DNA of 64,000 nucleotides from Tricharina praecox (Eukaryota): NCBI RefSeq assembly GCF_024521635.1, contig NW_026250420.1, positions 372,001 to 436,000 of the forward strand, read 5' to 3'. Shown piece by piece: positions 19,225 to 30,977 of this stretch (position 1 is its first letter; each line of letters starts with the position of its first letter). The notes under the pieces were generated by a model. It saw only the letters and a program-made list of their open reading frames with translations, ran no database searches and was not told where the DNA came from. The position numbers and the translations under genes were made by a program.

Positions 19225-22200
19225 ATGGCGTCCTCCCTCGCTTCGCAGCTGCAGCGCATCGCTGCAGCATCGACGAACACCCTTAATACCCGCAAACTCA
19301 AGGCGATCCACAGCACCTCGTTGATCTTTGAGCCCGCCCATGCCGCAACACAGGATCTCGACACTATCTACTCGATTGCGCTCGAGGGCTTCAGGGAGCT
19401 GTGTGCGCTCGATGCGAGATTCTTTGTATTTGAGAGGGGTCTGTTTAGCGAGAGCAGTAAGGAGGTCGATCGGTTGCTCCTCACGAAGCCGGAGGTGCAG
19501 GACCTCAATGCTAGTATCGAGGCGTTTCTGGAGTTGGTCAGTGGACGGCTGCTGCTCAGGCCCGCGCTGAAGGCGGTGGAGTGGCTGGTTAGGCGGTTTA
19601 GGTACTGTTCCCGTATCCAGGACTGTCTGCGATCGAGGCTGACGGAAGCGCAGAGTCCAAGATCAGAACACTACAGCGCTGCTCCTGGCCTTCCTCCCCT
19701 ACCATGCGCACGCCACCCTCTTCCCCCAAGTTCTCTCGATCATCAATCCCAAAGACCTCTCGGCAGAGCTGAAGTTCCTCCGACCGTACCTCAAGCCCCC
19801 GGCGGCCCTGCCACGGCATGTAATCACACATACGCTGTCTCATCGACGGGAAACGCTCGATCTCCTAGTCGCACACGTCACCTCCGTCGTGCAATCCCGG
19901 CGCGAAAGCCACCAGCTACTTGCATTCTTTGCCGCGGTCGTGGTGGAGGCGGTTTCGCTCATGTGTGATGCTGCTCGGTCTCCCACTAGTTCTGGGATCA
20001 CCGAGGAGACGGTACTGCAGAAGGCGTTGCCACTGCTGGAGGAGACCTTCAAGGCAAAAAAGACGCCGGAGTTCCAGGTCGGTGGGTACATGTTGGCTAC
20101 GGTTGTTGTGTCGAAAATTCCCATGAAAGACGAGGTGCTGCTGGCGCTCATGGGCGCGATTGTCGGAGGCTGGAGTGCGGAGAGCGTGACGCCTGCTCTG
20201 GCATGTCTCGCGTTGATTGCGCAGGCCAGGACTGGACCGAGCGCCGGAAGGCTGCAGGATGCGGTCACTGCGGGGTTGCTGGCGATTGAGGATATCGTCC
20301 AGCGGCTTCAGGAGATGGGGAAGAAGTACAGAGTCGACAACCTCGTCACCGGCCTCTGCAACGGGATACTGGAGAAGATCGGAAAGTCGTACGGTTCCAA
20401 GGAGTTGGAATACGTTGTCGAACTCCTGGAGGAGGCGAAGCTCGGCCCCAAGGGAAGGAAGGCTGTTCTTTCGCGCTTCGTGGATGTTGCGCAGAAACTT
20501 CAAGGATTCGAGGATCGCCCCGAGGACGAAGATGATGTGCGGGATGCCCTGGCGACTTCGCTTGTTAAGTGGTCCGAGCAAGGAAACAAGAAGCTGGGGA
20601 AGACACTACAGCTCGTATTCGAGGAAAACAAGGTCGACATTGAAATGCTTGAGCTTGCGCTCAGGACGGTTATTGAACGCCCTGCTCTTCCCGCGCCAAA
20701 GTCGGAGAAACCAAAGGCCATCAAGGCGGCACCGGCAAAGGAGGCAGTCACCCTTGAACAGCTGCTGGAGACAATTCCTGATGCTGGCTTGACAGTGTCT
20801 TTCCTCGAGCCGCGAAAGACGGAGAACAAGAAGTTGTTTGAACACCTCCAGCAGATGTTCCTTCTCGCCATCAGGAAGCCCGACGGTGTCCAGACCATCT
20901 TTGCACACGATATATTTACAAACAAGAATAACACCGTTGCCTTTACCATCTCGCTGCTCGCTAGGATTTGGACGTTCACGGCGAACCCCGTAATCGCCCG
21001 CGCTATCGCTTTACAGCATGCTGTTAAGATCATTAAGGCGAACGCGAAGGCAAAGGTTGATTACCAGGCGCTTATCCCGTTTGCTCTGGCCGCCCTTGCG
21101 GACCCGGCGGAACGTGTTCGTCGCGAAACGACTCATCTGGTCACTGCGTTGTTGGAAATCTACCAGCAGCTTGACGAGGCGGGTGCGGTAACCAAGAAGA
21201 AGAGGAAGTCGAAGGGAGGTGATCTGATGGTCTACTGGGGACTGGACACTGTCTACGGCGCCGGATCAGAAACCGACAACGTCAAGGTACTGGATGCAGC
21301 CGATGCTCGTAAGTTCTTGGAGGTTGTTCTCGCCAAGGGTCTGCAAGAGTGTGTTCTGGACTCTGCATACATCACCAGTGTCATCGAGAACGGGCTCGGA
21401 GCCACGAAGAAGGACCAGACAGATGGAAAGCTGAAGTCTTCCGTTAAGACTAACGTCCTGTCGTTCCTTTGCAGCCACGCCGTCAATGTCCCCAGCTTGT
21501 CGATCCAGCTTCGATTGCTCACTATGCTCAACCGCGTTGCGAATGGTCCCAGCTCGAGAACTGAGTTCCTCCTTCCCTCACTGCAGAAGTGGATTGCCCG
21601 CCCTCTGGAGGAGAATGTCAAATATTGCGAGGAGGAACGTGTGGATATTCGCGAGTTTGAGGAGCAGGTGGTCTCCGTGGTTGAGGCGCAGGACGGCACC
21701 AGTGAGCTGGTATCGATCCTGAGCACTGATGTCGGCGGCGAAGGCCTGGTCTCAGCTGCTGCGAAGCGGATTATTACCGTGTGGGGCTCGCTTGAGGAGG
21801 GAGCGAAGGTGGCGACCGCCACCAAGCTTCTCAAACTCAACCTTAACGACTCGGAGCAGAAGTACTCTGGAAGTTCAGAAGCTCTGGACATCTTGCGCGC
21901 CGTCAAGTTGCCGACCGAGGCGTTCCAGCAGTTCCTTGAGGAAGCCAGAATAGACTTGAAGTCGACCTTGGGATTGAACACTGCTGCCCAGCCAAAGAGG
22001 CGCAGAGTCTCTGCACCCGGTGTTGTTAATGCGGATAAGGAGGAGCAGATCGCAGCCGCCGTCCGTCGGATCACCATCGTCGCAGAAATCTTGGATGGCC
22101 AGGAACCGAGGAATCACGCGTCGGTCTTGGCTACTCTTTTCAGTGTACTCGGAGACCTCGGAAGTGTTGAGTTCTCCGGAATCACATACCTGCAGAGTAT

Positions 22201-24735
22201 CTTGCTCTCGTGCGCGAGAGATATCATCAAGGGCTATAAGGCTACTAACACGGACCTCAACTCCTCGAGTGTCCGTGCCGACGTCCTCGTCTCTTGCATC
22301 CGCTCCACGACTTCACCTCAGGTGCAGAACAGCGCTCTCCTCCTACTCTCCGACCTTGCCGATATCTCCCCCGACACCGTCAAGCATAGTGTGATGCCAA
22401 TATTCACCTTCATGGGCGCCAACACTCTCCGCCAGGACGATGAATACTCAGCCCATGTCATCGAGCAAACCGTGCAACGTGTTATTCCGCCGCTCGTCAA
22501 GTCGCTGCAAGAGCAGGGTGGAAGCCTTATCACCGCAGGAGCAGAGCTGATCTCGACGTTTGTCGCCAGCTACAAGCATGTTCCGGTGCACCGAAGATTG
22601 CGGCTGTTCCAGTCACTGACCGAGACTCTCGGCCCCACGGAATTCTTGTTCGCCATTGTTGCAAAATTGGCGGGCAAATATGCTGTCGGTGAGGGCGAGG
22701 GCGAGGTCAAGGAATTCGTCTCGATGCTTTCTGGCGGATTCACCGCTGAGGTCCAGATGGGCAGTGTTGTCAAGTACCTCAGCACCATCAAGGATGTGTT
22801 GAAGCCCCAGCCTCAAGGTGGCGCGAGCATTCTCTTCGCTTCCGAGGAAGATGGCCGTGATGTGCCAGCGCAGGAGATGGCTAGGCGCCTTTTGGCGGTT
22901 CTCAAGGCCTTCCTGGGCTCAGAGCGCCTGAAGGCTAGAGTCGCAAAGAGTCTCAAGACCAGTCGCGAGGACGCTTCTAGCCTGCGTGGATTCTTCTCGC
23001 AGGCGATGGAGCAGACAATGGCCCTTGGAGACGAATACGCCTTCAACAAGGCCATCGCTACCGAAGCCGCCGAGGTCATGTCCCAGCTTCTCGAGCTTCT
23101 TTCGGTCATCGAGTTCGTGAAGGTCATCGAAAGTCTCATCTCGCAGGTCGACTCGCCGTTCCGTAGCTCCGCCCTCACGACTTTCAAGAACCGTGTTGTT
23201 TCCGAGTACAGGACCGACGCGACTTCGAGGAATGCCATTCTCGACTTGGCTCCCAAGATTGCCGCCATCATCACTGCCCAGGACTCACCGAAGGAACTTA
23301 AGGCCGATGCACTGCTGTGTATCCTTGCCGTTACACAGAAGTTCGGAAAGCAAGAGCAGACTGCTGTTTCTGCACTCACCGAGGCTGTGGCTAGCATTGG
23401 CGCACTCAGAAGCCCCGATAGCGGTCTCCGCGTGCTGGCGCTGGTGTGTTTGACCCATATGACTACTGTCCTCGGTGGCCGCATCATTCCTATCCTGCCG
23501 AAGACCGTACCGATTGCTATCGAGTACCTTCAGGCTGCCGTTCGCAGCGAGGACTCGTCGGTCGAGGTCTCGATGGTTCACAATGCCGTTTTCAAGTACC
23601 TCGAGGAGCTTGTCAAGAACGTGCCCAGTTTCATGACCAGCTATCTCACCAAGGTACTGCCTCTTGCTGCTGCCGCATGGGATCAGGACGATCTCGATGA
23701 GGGCCTTCCTTACGACGTCAGACGTAACTTCCTCGTGGCTGTTGCGTCCAGAATGGAATTGAGGACTGTCATCGGCGCCATCACCAAGGCGTGGAAGCCA
23801 TCGTGTGCCCACGGCAGCGACCCGATCAGGGATCTGGTCGAAATGGTGCAGAAGGGTATACAGGTTGCGCCTAAGGCTAGTGTGCAGAAGTGTAGCCAGG
23901 TGCTCTTGCAGTTCTTTATTACTGCACTCGATGCCAGACGTGAGCCCGAGGTTGAGGATGTCGCCCCGCTTGAGGATCTCATCATGAAGGTGTGCTTGGA
24001 CATGGTCTACAAACTTAACGACTCTATCTTCAAGCCCATGTTCTTGCGTCTTGTGGAGTGGGGCACTGAGGATTTGAGGTCGAGTGACGATGAGGAGGGC
24101 AAGTGGACGCGCATTGGCGTGATATGGAAGCTCATGGAGGCGCTCAGCGGCAATCTCAAGGTCTGCTCTCTCCTTCCTGGCTCCAGTGGTTGAGCTGTGC
24201 TGATGAAAATGAATAGTCACTGGTCACCGACTACCACACGCCGCTCCTTCCTTCCGCCATCTCCACACTCACATCCCCGACACCGCACACCTTCGCCACG
24301 ACCAGCGTTCTCCGCGCGCTGCACCAAGGCATGCTGAACGATTCGTCGGACTTCTGGCAATCACCGACGCACTTTGACCCTCTGCTCCCGGCCCTGCTGG
24401 CGATCCTCCCGACATTCTCAGAGCTCGCCATTCCCTGCCTCACCGAGCTCGCCGCGGCCGCACAGAGCGAGGAACACAGCAAGAGCATCAACACCGGCGT
24501 CCTGGCACTGATGCGCGACGAGAGCGAAGTCACCCGTCTCGCCGCCGTGCGCGCAATGATGGGATTGTATGCCCGTCTCGGTGAGGACTGGTTGGGGCTC
24601 CTGCCCGAGACGGTGCCGTTCATTGCGGAGCTCATGGAGGATGACGATGAGACCGTTGAGAGAGAGACGCAGAGACTCATTAAGCGCATTGAGGAGTATC
24701 TGGGCGACGGTGAGTTGCAGGGTATGTTGACGTAA
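19225..24735 (+). CDS. UTP10: U3 snoRNP/t-UTP HEAT-repeat protein Utp10 (introns 19602-19653, 24161-24216)
   Basis: MASSLASQLQRI start, SLIF..AA.QD, ALKAVEWLVRRFRV, MPIFTFMG..LRQDDEYS, BP28CT-type KLND..FKPMFLRLVEW, LLPETVPFIAELMEDDDE.VE. Confidence 0.96.
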
Positions 24736-25076
24736 AAAGTTGGATGCGAGAGGGAAGGGAAGGGGAAAAGTTGGTTTTGATAGGCGGCATTTGATTTGTT
24801 GGGTTTTTTGTAATTATACCTACCTACCTCGGGGGCGGAATGAGGATGTATGTCCGAACGGTTACTACTTGGTTGCGAAGTACGGAGGCTATGTACAGAC
24901 ACTCGTCGTTCCACGAACCAGCCGGACTTGCAGTTAATCGCCCCAAACTGCCACCTTTCGCGAGTAAACCCGCCGTGGAAATTTGGTACTCTGTATGATA
25001 CCATATAGCGCTGCTTATTATCCTCAAGCGATCGGCTGTGACAACGAGCAACAAACACAACCCCATCACTCTACAC

Positions 25077-25352
25077 CAGTGTTCGACATAGTCCGGTCGG
25101 GATTGCAGTCCGGACCGGACGGACTGCCGAGATCTGTTCGGACGGACTGCCTAAAAGTAGTCCGTCCCATCCATGGATTCCGAAGACTGGAGGGGACTGC
25201 AGTCGACTGCAGTCCGTCCTGACCTCAAAATCTTCTGGATTAGTCCGTCCGAACTCCGCTCCCGGACGGACTGACAAGATACAGTTTGGGTAGTCTGGTC
25301 TGGGGCCCAGGACGGACGGACTGGACTATGTACCTAGCTATGTCGAACACTG
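25077..25352. mobile_element. 276-bp hAT-type MITE
   Basis: Perfect 15-bp TIR CAGTGTTCGACATAG / CTATGTCGAACACTG; perfect 8-bp TSD CTCTACAC (25069-25076, 25353-25360); internal GGACGGACT / AGTCCGTCC motifs in both orientations; no ORF. Confidence 0.92.
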
Positions 25353-26684
25353 CTCTACACTCTCACTCGAGATCCGTGAAGGACGGCTTCTAGGCAGAGG
25401 GTCTAGAAACTAGCAGTACGGAAACACAACTCGTGGACTGGGACTACAGAGCTGGGTGTAATGTAGTGTTTGTAGTGACTTGTATCTTCCTCTTCGTAGA
25501 TTATGAGGCTTCGTTGACACCATTCAGCTAGCCATCGACCGGCAAAACTCTCCATCTGCAACTCCTCAAGCCCACACTTCCTGCCTGCTCGCCCACCTTG
25601 TCTGAAGTGCCGCGGCCGCGCTGCCCGCGCAATTCCTTATACATACACACATGTGTCCGACTGGACTGGATATGTAGGTACTATAGCGGGCCCCCTGGTC
25701 CCTGGATCCCGAGAACGTGCACTGTGCAGGACCTGGTGCAGTCTGCAGAAGTTCAGCCCTCTGATGGTCTAGACTAGCGGAAGCTCATCAGAGTCTGCAG
25801 AATCTGCCCATCTCGTTACGATGGAAGCGACATATTCGCTCATCCAGCACTGAGGCGAACAGTTGGACGCCACAGCCATGTCAGCCACTGAGCCACACAC
25901 CATCTCAGTCGGCAGCGATCGCCATCGGCCACTCCGAATTTTCACATATGTAGCCTGAGGGATTCCACACCTACATACTATAGGCATCTCCAGCTGACTC
26001 CGTCTGCTTCGTTCATGGTGAAGACGGGATCTTTGTCCGGGGTTTTTGTATCGACGACGATTCTTATGTACCCAAGTAGCTGAAGATGTGGTGTGGTGTG
26101 GTTTTGTGGCTTGTGATTTAGCGTTGCTCGCTTCGTTGCTGGACGAGTCACGAGCGAGTATGTACCGATATATGTAGCGAAAATATGTGGCTCCGGCAGC
26201 GCCACCAACATCCTCAGCTGAAGTTGAAGCTGGAGCCGAACCGAAATCCGCCTTCAGCTGTTCTACATGCTCAATCGGGAGGCGATTCTATGACCTGGAT
26301 GCTGCGGGAAGTATGTACCTTTTGCTCGAATGCGCCGAGTGCATAAAAGTACCTACTCCAATATCTACCAAGGTCCAATGTCTACCAAGGCACTATGTGG
26401 CGATTTTCCTTTTTTTTCGGGCCTTCCGGCTTCGGGGACGGGCTTTCTCAGGTGTTGTCCAAGGAATTTGTGTCCATAGTTGCGATAATCTAGATATATC
26501 TACCTACGTAGATCGGGATGAGTCCAACTGTTTACTTGAGGAAACATCAGGAAGCTGTAGGGCAGTAAGACTCTACTAATTGGCGCTAGTGCTGAGTTGT
26601 GTAGGAAACACCATGTATCTTGGCGTTTTCCGGTATTCGAGTACCTGACAGTGGGCACGTTCGAGTACATGACGCCTGACACCG

Positions 26685-27000
26685 TCTGTATCTATACATT
26701 AGTTACCGCTGGTAACTAGTATCTTTGAGTTATCCAGCTGAAAGACGAGTCCTGTTCTGTATCTATGCACTGCTACTACGTACATAGAAACTATCTTTCA
26801 GTCAACTATCCAGCTGAAAGACGGGTTGCCCTCTGTACCTATGCATTACTAGTCTACTACATACTAGCAAGTACATATCCATGAGTTATCCAGCTGAAAG
26901 ACAGGGTTGCCTTTCTGTATCGATGTACTCGTACATACTGCTACCAGTATCGTCAAGTTCTCCAGCTGAAAGCCACAGTGTATCGTGCACCTCCAGCTGG
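26685..27000. repeat. Degenerate ~72-80-bp tandem repeat array (4 full units plus partial ends)
   Basis: CCAGCTGAAAG at 26734, 26810, 26890 and 26962; TCTGTATCTATGCA-like block at 26685, 26756, 26832 and 26914. Confidence 0.8.
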
Positions 27001-27423
27001 TGAACGTCGACGATGCCGTCCTCGAGGACACCGTCTACTCCAGACTTTGGAATCCGTATGCTCCCGCCTTCCTCTTCTGTCGTCTCCGCATGCACCATGT
27101 AAGGCTGAAAGCGGAGCGGTGGCGATATCCCCACGAGCGTTACGCGAGAGCATCACGAGAACTGGTTCGGCGCAGAGGTGGAACGATGTGGGGGAGGTAG
27201 TTGAGCGGCATTGGTAGTACGTAAACCGAACGTTCGTGAAATGTGCATAAGAAGAGGAGCATCCGCCCTCTCGTTGTGGTGAGGCAGACCAAAGCATTCC
27301 ATCCATTCTTCCCTGAGCATAGCAGCAGCACCGAGCATTCGACCCGACACTTTACGATCTATACGCCCAGAATCCCGAAATCGCAGTATCGCGAAATCCT
27401 AGAATCCCAGAAATCACACAATC

Positions 27424-28067
27424 ATGCCTGTCGGAACCATGAGCTTCCCGCTTCATCTCGGCAAAATTCCAGAGGGCATGACGTTCACGGTGACAGGAGT
27501 CAAGCCCGTCGTCCCGGCTGGCGACTGGTACGCATACACGGTTCGATCGCCCTTCCCTATCAGGCTTATTTTCGATGGGTGATGTTGACAAGATTTCTGC
27601 TTTAGAACCTGGCGAAATTCCCCCACGTCGTGGACACCAGCGGGCCGAACCCTCTAATCGGCGGATTCTCCCTGAGCACGACGGGGATCACGCAGCACGG
27701 CTCTGGGCCGTACTTCGAAGTGAGCTTCACTGTGTCCGGCAAGAGCCCCAACGGCGTTGAGAGTTCTCGCGACGGGCACCTTACGATCTCGACCTCGGAC
27801 TGGGGCTTCATTGAGCGGCCGGACCAGGGGATCATAACGTTCGGGTTCGATGGGTCTGCGGCACACACGCACATGTTTGATACTCCCACGCTGAGGTACC
27901 TCAACGATGTGCACCTCCTCGTAGAGTACTTCCCTTCCGAGACCGCTGTGGGAATGACGGTCACCTCCGATGCGACTATGATCTCGAAAATATGTGATGT
28001 GGCCCTCGGTGGGATCTTCTTGGCGCATGAAAAGGCTGCTTCTTGGGCCGTGGGTAAGGTGTGGTAG
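27424..28067 (+). CDS. Orphan beta-rich cytoplasmic protein, 192 aa (intron 27541-27605)
   Basis: ATCATG start; exon 1 of 39 codons joined in phase 0 through GTTCGA...GTTGAC...TTTAG to the 27606-28067 frame; host-like codon usage; no recognisable family. Confidence 0.7.
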
Positions 28068-29023
28068 TGGAGCGGTTCGGAATGGTGAGTTCATATCCCT
28101 ATCGCATTGCGATTGTGTCTCATTCGATCGGAGGATGTTGACTTGGGTCAGGTCTTGTTCGCTTCCCTCGGGGGATCCAACAGAGGGGGCGGCGGTGGCG
28201 GGCGGACGGTCACTTATTTTCATTATTCGTTCGTTATTTTGATTTTCTGTGGAGCGTCAGGCGGTTTTTTTTCTCGCTGTCTTGTGGTTCGTTTTTCGGG
28301 CAAACATACACAAATGCCATCATTTTCACTCATCTACTGAAATGCAATCGTTTCCACTCTTCCGCCAGAATGCCGTCGGTACGTCGAATGGGTAGGCAAG
28401 TGAAGTGAGGTACATTGATAGGTAGGTAAATACGAGATCTATCTTGGAATAATGGTTCCGCCATCGTTCCAAGAAAACTGCCTATGCCGGTCACGAGAAT
28501 TAATCACGAGTGAGAGTTGGAGAAGTTGCACTTCGAGAAAAATTGCTATTGGTGGTCGAACTTCCACGCTTAGCCGAATCCGCGCATTGATCCGTGAAAT
28601 TGCTATGCCGCTCGTGAAGACCATTCATATATAGGATCTCTGTGGAAGTTCAATTTTCAACCGCCCGCGGTTCCTAAACACCACATCCTGAGCTCGAGAC
28701 CTAGCAGCGACCACTAACCTACACATCTGATACCAATGAACCCTCCCATAAACTACTGCAATTGCAATCAAGCTTTCGATTGGCCGATCGAGCGTGCCAT
28801 CGTCTTCTCTCCCGAGCAAAATGCCACTGCACATGCCCCCCGCTAGAGATATCTGTGGTGAGTGCTAATTTATGCCCACTACCAACGCAACCCAACATCG
28901 CATACATTAAACGCGGCAAAATCAAGTAAACAAACAAACCTCAAGCACGAACATCACACCGCAAACGCAAATCTACATGCCCCCAAGCCTCCCATAAGAA
29001 TACCCACCCGTACCACCCCGCAC

Positions 29024-30977
29024 CTACCCGCACTCAACTCCACAGCATCGTAACCTCCCCTTCTCGACCTCCACCTCGCGTCCCCACCAGCGCACAACAA
29101 TCTCCTTCAGCATCTCAACGTCGGCCTCCGAGTACCGATCCAGACCCATTCTTTCTACTTCATCGAGGCTTACAACGGTGGTTTTGTCGTCCACCAGCTC
29201 CTCTCCGTCATCATCATCATCCCCCTCTTCCCTCTCATCGTCTTCGTCAAGACGGTCTGCCAGCCCGGAAAAGATCCGTTGAGTCATCCGGTGGAAGTAG
29301 GCGATTACATCCATCTCCTCACTACCGACGCCCTCTTGTCGCAAGTTGGTGCTGCGCCGGCGGAGTAGGCTGCCTCTACGTGGTCTACGGCGTGCTACCG
29401 GCTCCGGTGAGGCGGAGGAGGACGTAGTCGCTTGCAACGGCTCCGTATCACTATCATCCGTCTGTTGGTTTTGCTGCTGAGCATAGTCTGGTGCTGTGGT
29501 GGGCGTGTACGCGAACTGCGAGTCCATGAGCAGCCTCCCGTCCTCGGCTTCTGCATCGGAGCGCTGCTGCTCTCCCGCCGACGCCCACCAAATAAAGCTC
29601 GAGTATGCAATTTCCCGCCAGGTGAGTTTCTCGCACAGCTCCTCGATATTGTTCGGTTCATGGTCGTCATCGTCGTCGACGTCTCCGGGTGCACGGATGA
29701 TCGGATTTCCCGCGTCGTCGTCCTCATCGTCCAGGAACAGCGACTGTTTCCGACGATACCGGTTCTTGAGACTCTTCGTGAGGGCGCGGTAGCGACGGAG
29801 ATCGCGTTGTGTAGCGAGCAGCGGCACGCCGGAGCTGTGTTCGGCTGTAGGCCACACTTTCTCTTTCGCGTACTTTGCGTGCTGTGGCGGAAGCCGGATC
29901 ACGACGTCCCATAGGTTGCGCTTGATACATAAAACCTCGTCCGTGGTGCATGCGACCCACGCACCGTGCTCGCCCTCGACGACGTCGGGATTTAACGGAC
30001 CGGCACGCGTCTTCGCCTCGTGCTCCAGCAGTGGAATGTCGTGGACTCCCACATTGAACAGCGGCTTCAGCCGCGCTGGGCCGACTGACAGTAAATCCAC
30101 CACGGACAGCGGGATGTTACTCAGTATCGATATATCGTAGACGAAGTTACACGCCATTTCAACGGGCGCATGGGTGACGAGTAGTATCCTCTTCCTTGCG
30201 AGCGCAGCTCTGTAGATGGGAAACACCAGCGGGCCGAAAGTATCCATGAACTCACCCAACGACAGCGCCGGATGAAACTGGCTCAGCGTTTGTCCCGGCA
30301 CCAGGACGGCCCCAGTCTCGGATATCGAGCGGGAGCGCGTATGTCTTGGGTGTAGTCGCTGCGGCGATCTCAGTGTAGGCAAGTCGTCAACCAGCAGCGA
30401 CGGCTCGGTATCTCTGATCTTGTGGCGTTCGTAATATTCCTCGAACACGGTATGCGACGAGGTGTCCTCCGTAAACTTCCTATCAAACAATCAGACTTTC
30501 CTGCCGCCCCTCGTATTCATTCCCATGACGAAGAGGGAGCCCACCTAGCAAGCCGCTTCAACCCCTCCGCATGTCTCCAGCTTCGGCCGAGGCGTCCGTA
30601 GCTCAGCGGGACTAGTAGTCCTGCGCTGATCATGAGCGCGCCCCGCTCCTCTTCGCCTGCATCGACATGCAGGAACGCGCTCAGACCCGCATACGCGCCG
30701 TGGACGAAGTACACCAGGTCCTCCGAGAGGTTATGGAGACCGGAGGGCAAACTCTTGAATTCGACGCCGTCAAGATCCACTGCGCAGGATTAGTAGGAGA
30801 ACGACGGGCGAGGAGGAAGGAGGGCGAGGAGGAGGAGGGGAACGAGCCGTCAGGAGACGCAGTCTGGTGCCATTCGATCGTGTAGCCCTTTTTCGTGTCG
30901 AAGTGGATGAGGAACAGAGCTGCGAGGGGTGGCAGCTCGTCGTCAACGTGGAGATGGGAGAGCGGTGTTGACTTCAT
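29024..30977 (-). CDS. DUF4484/DUF2347 (Anr2/Avl9/DENN-related) protein (introns 30780-30847 and about 30481-30545)
   Basis: LAALFLIHFDTKKGYTIEW, GVEFKSLPSGLH...DLVYF, YGRLGRSWRH, FGPLVFPIYRAALARKRIL, WVACTTD, ATQRDLRRY, AYSSFIWWASAGE, IAYFHR. Confidence 0.85.

Noticed and set aside
19916..25058. Long antisense ORFs over UTP10 (up to 311 aa)
   Set aside because: Shadow ORFs expected from C/G-ending codons; no recognisable motifs
26685..27000. CRISPR array or hammerhead ribozyme array interpretation
   Set aside because: Eukaryotic context, degenerate repeats and no cas genes; CTGAAAGA does not fit the CUGANGA core with a correctly placed GAAA and stems
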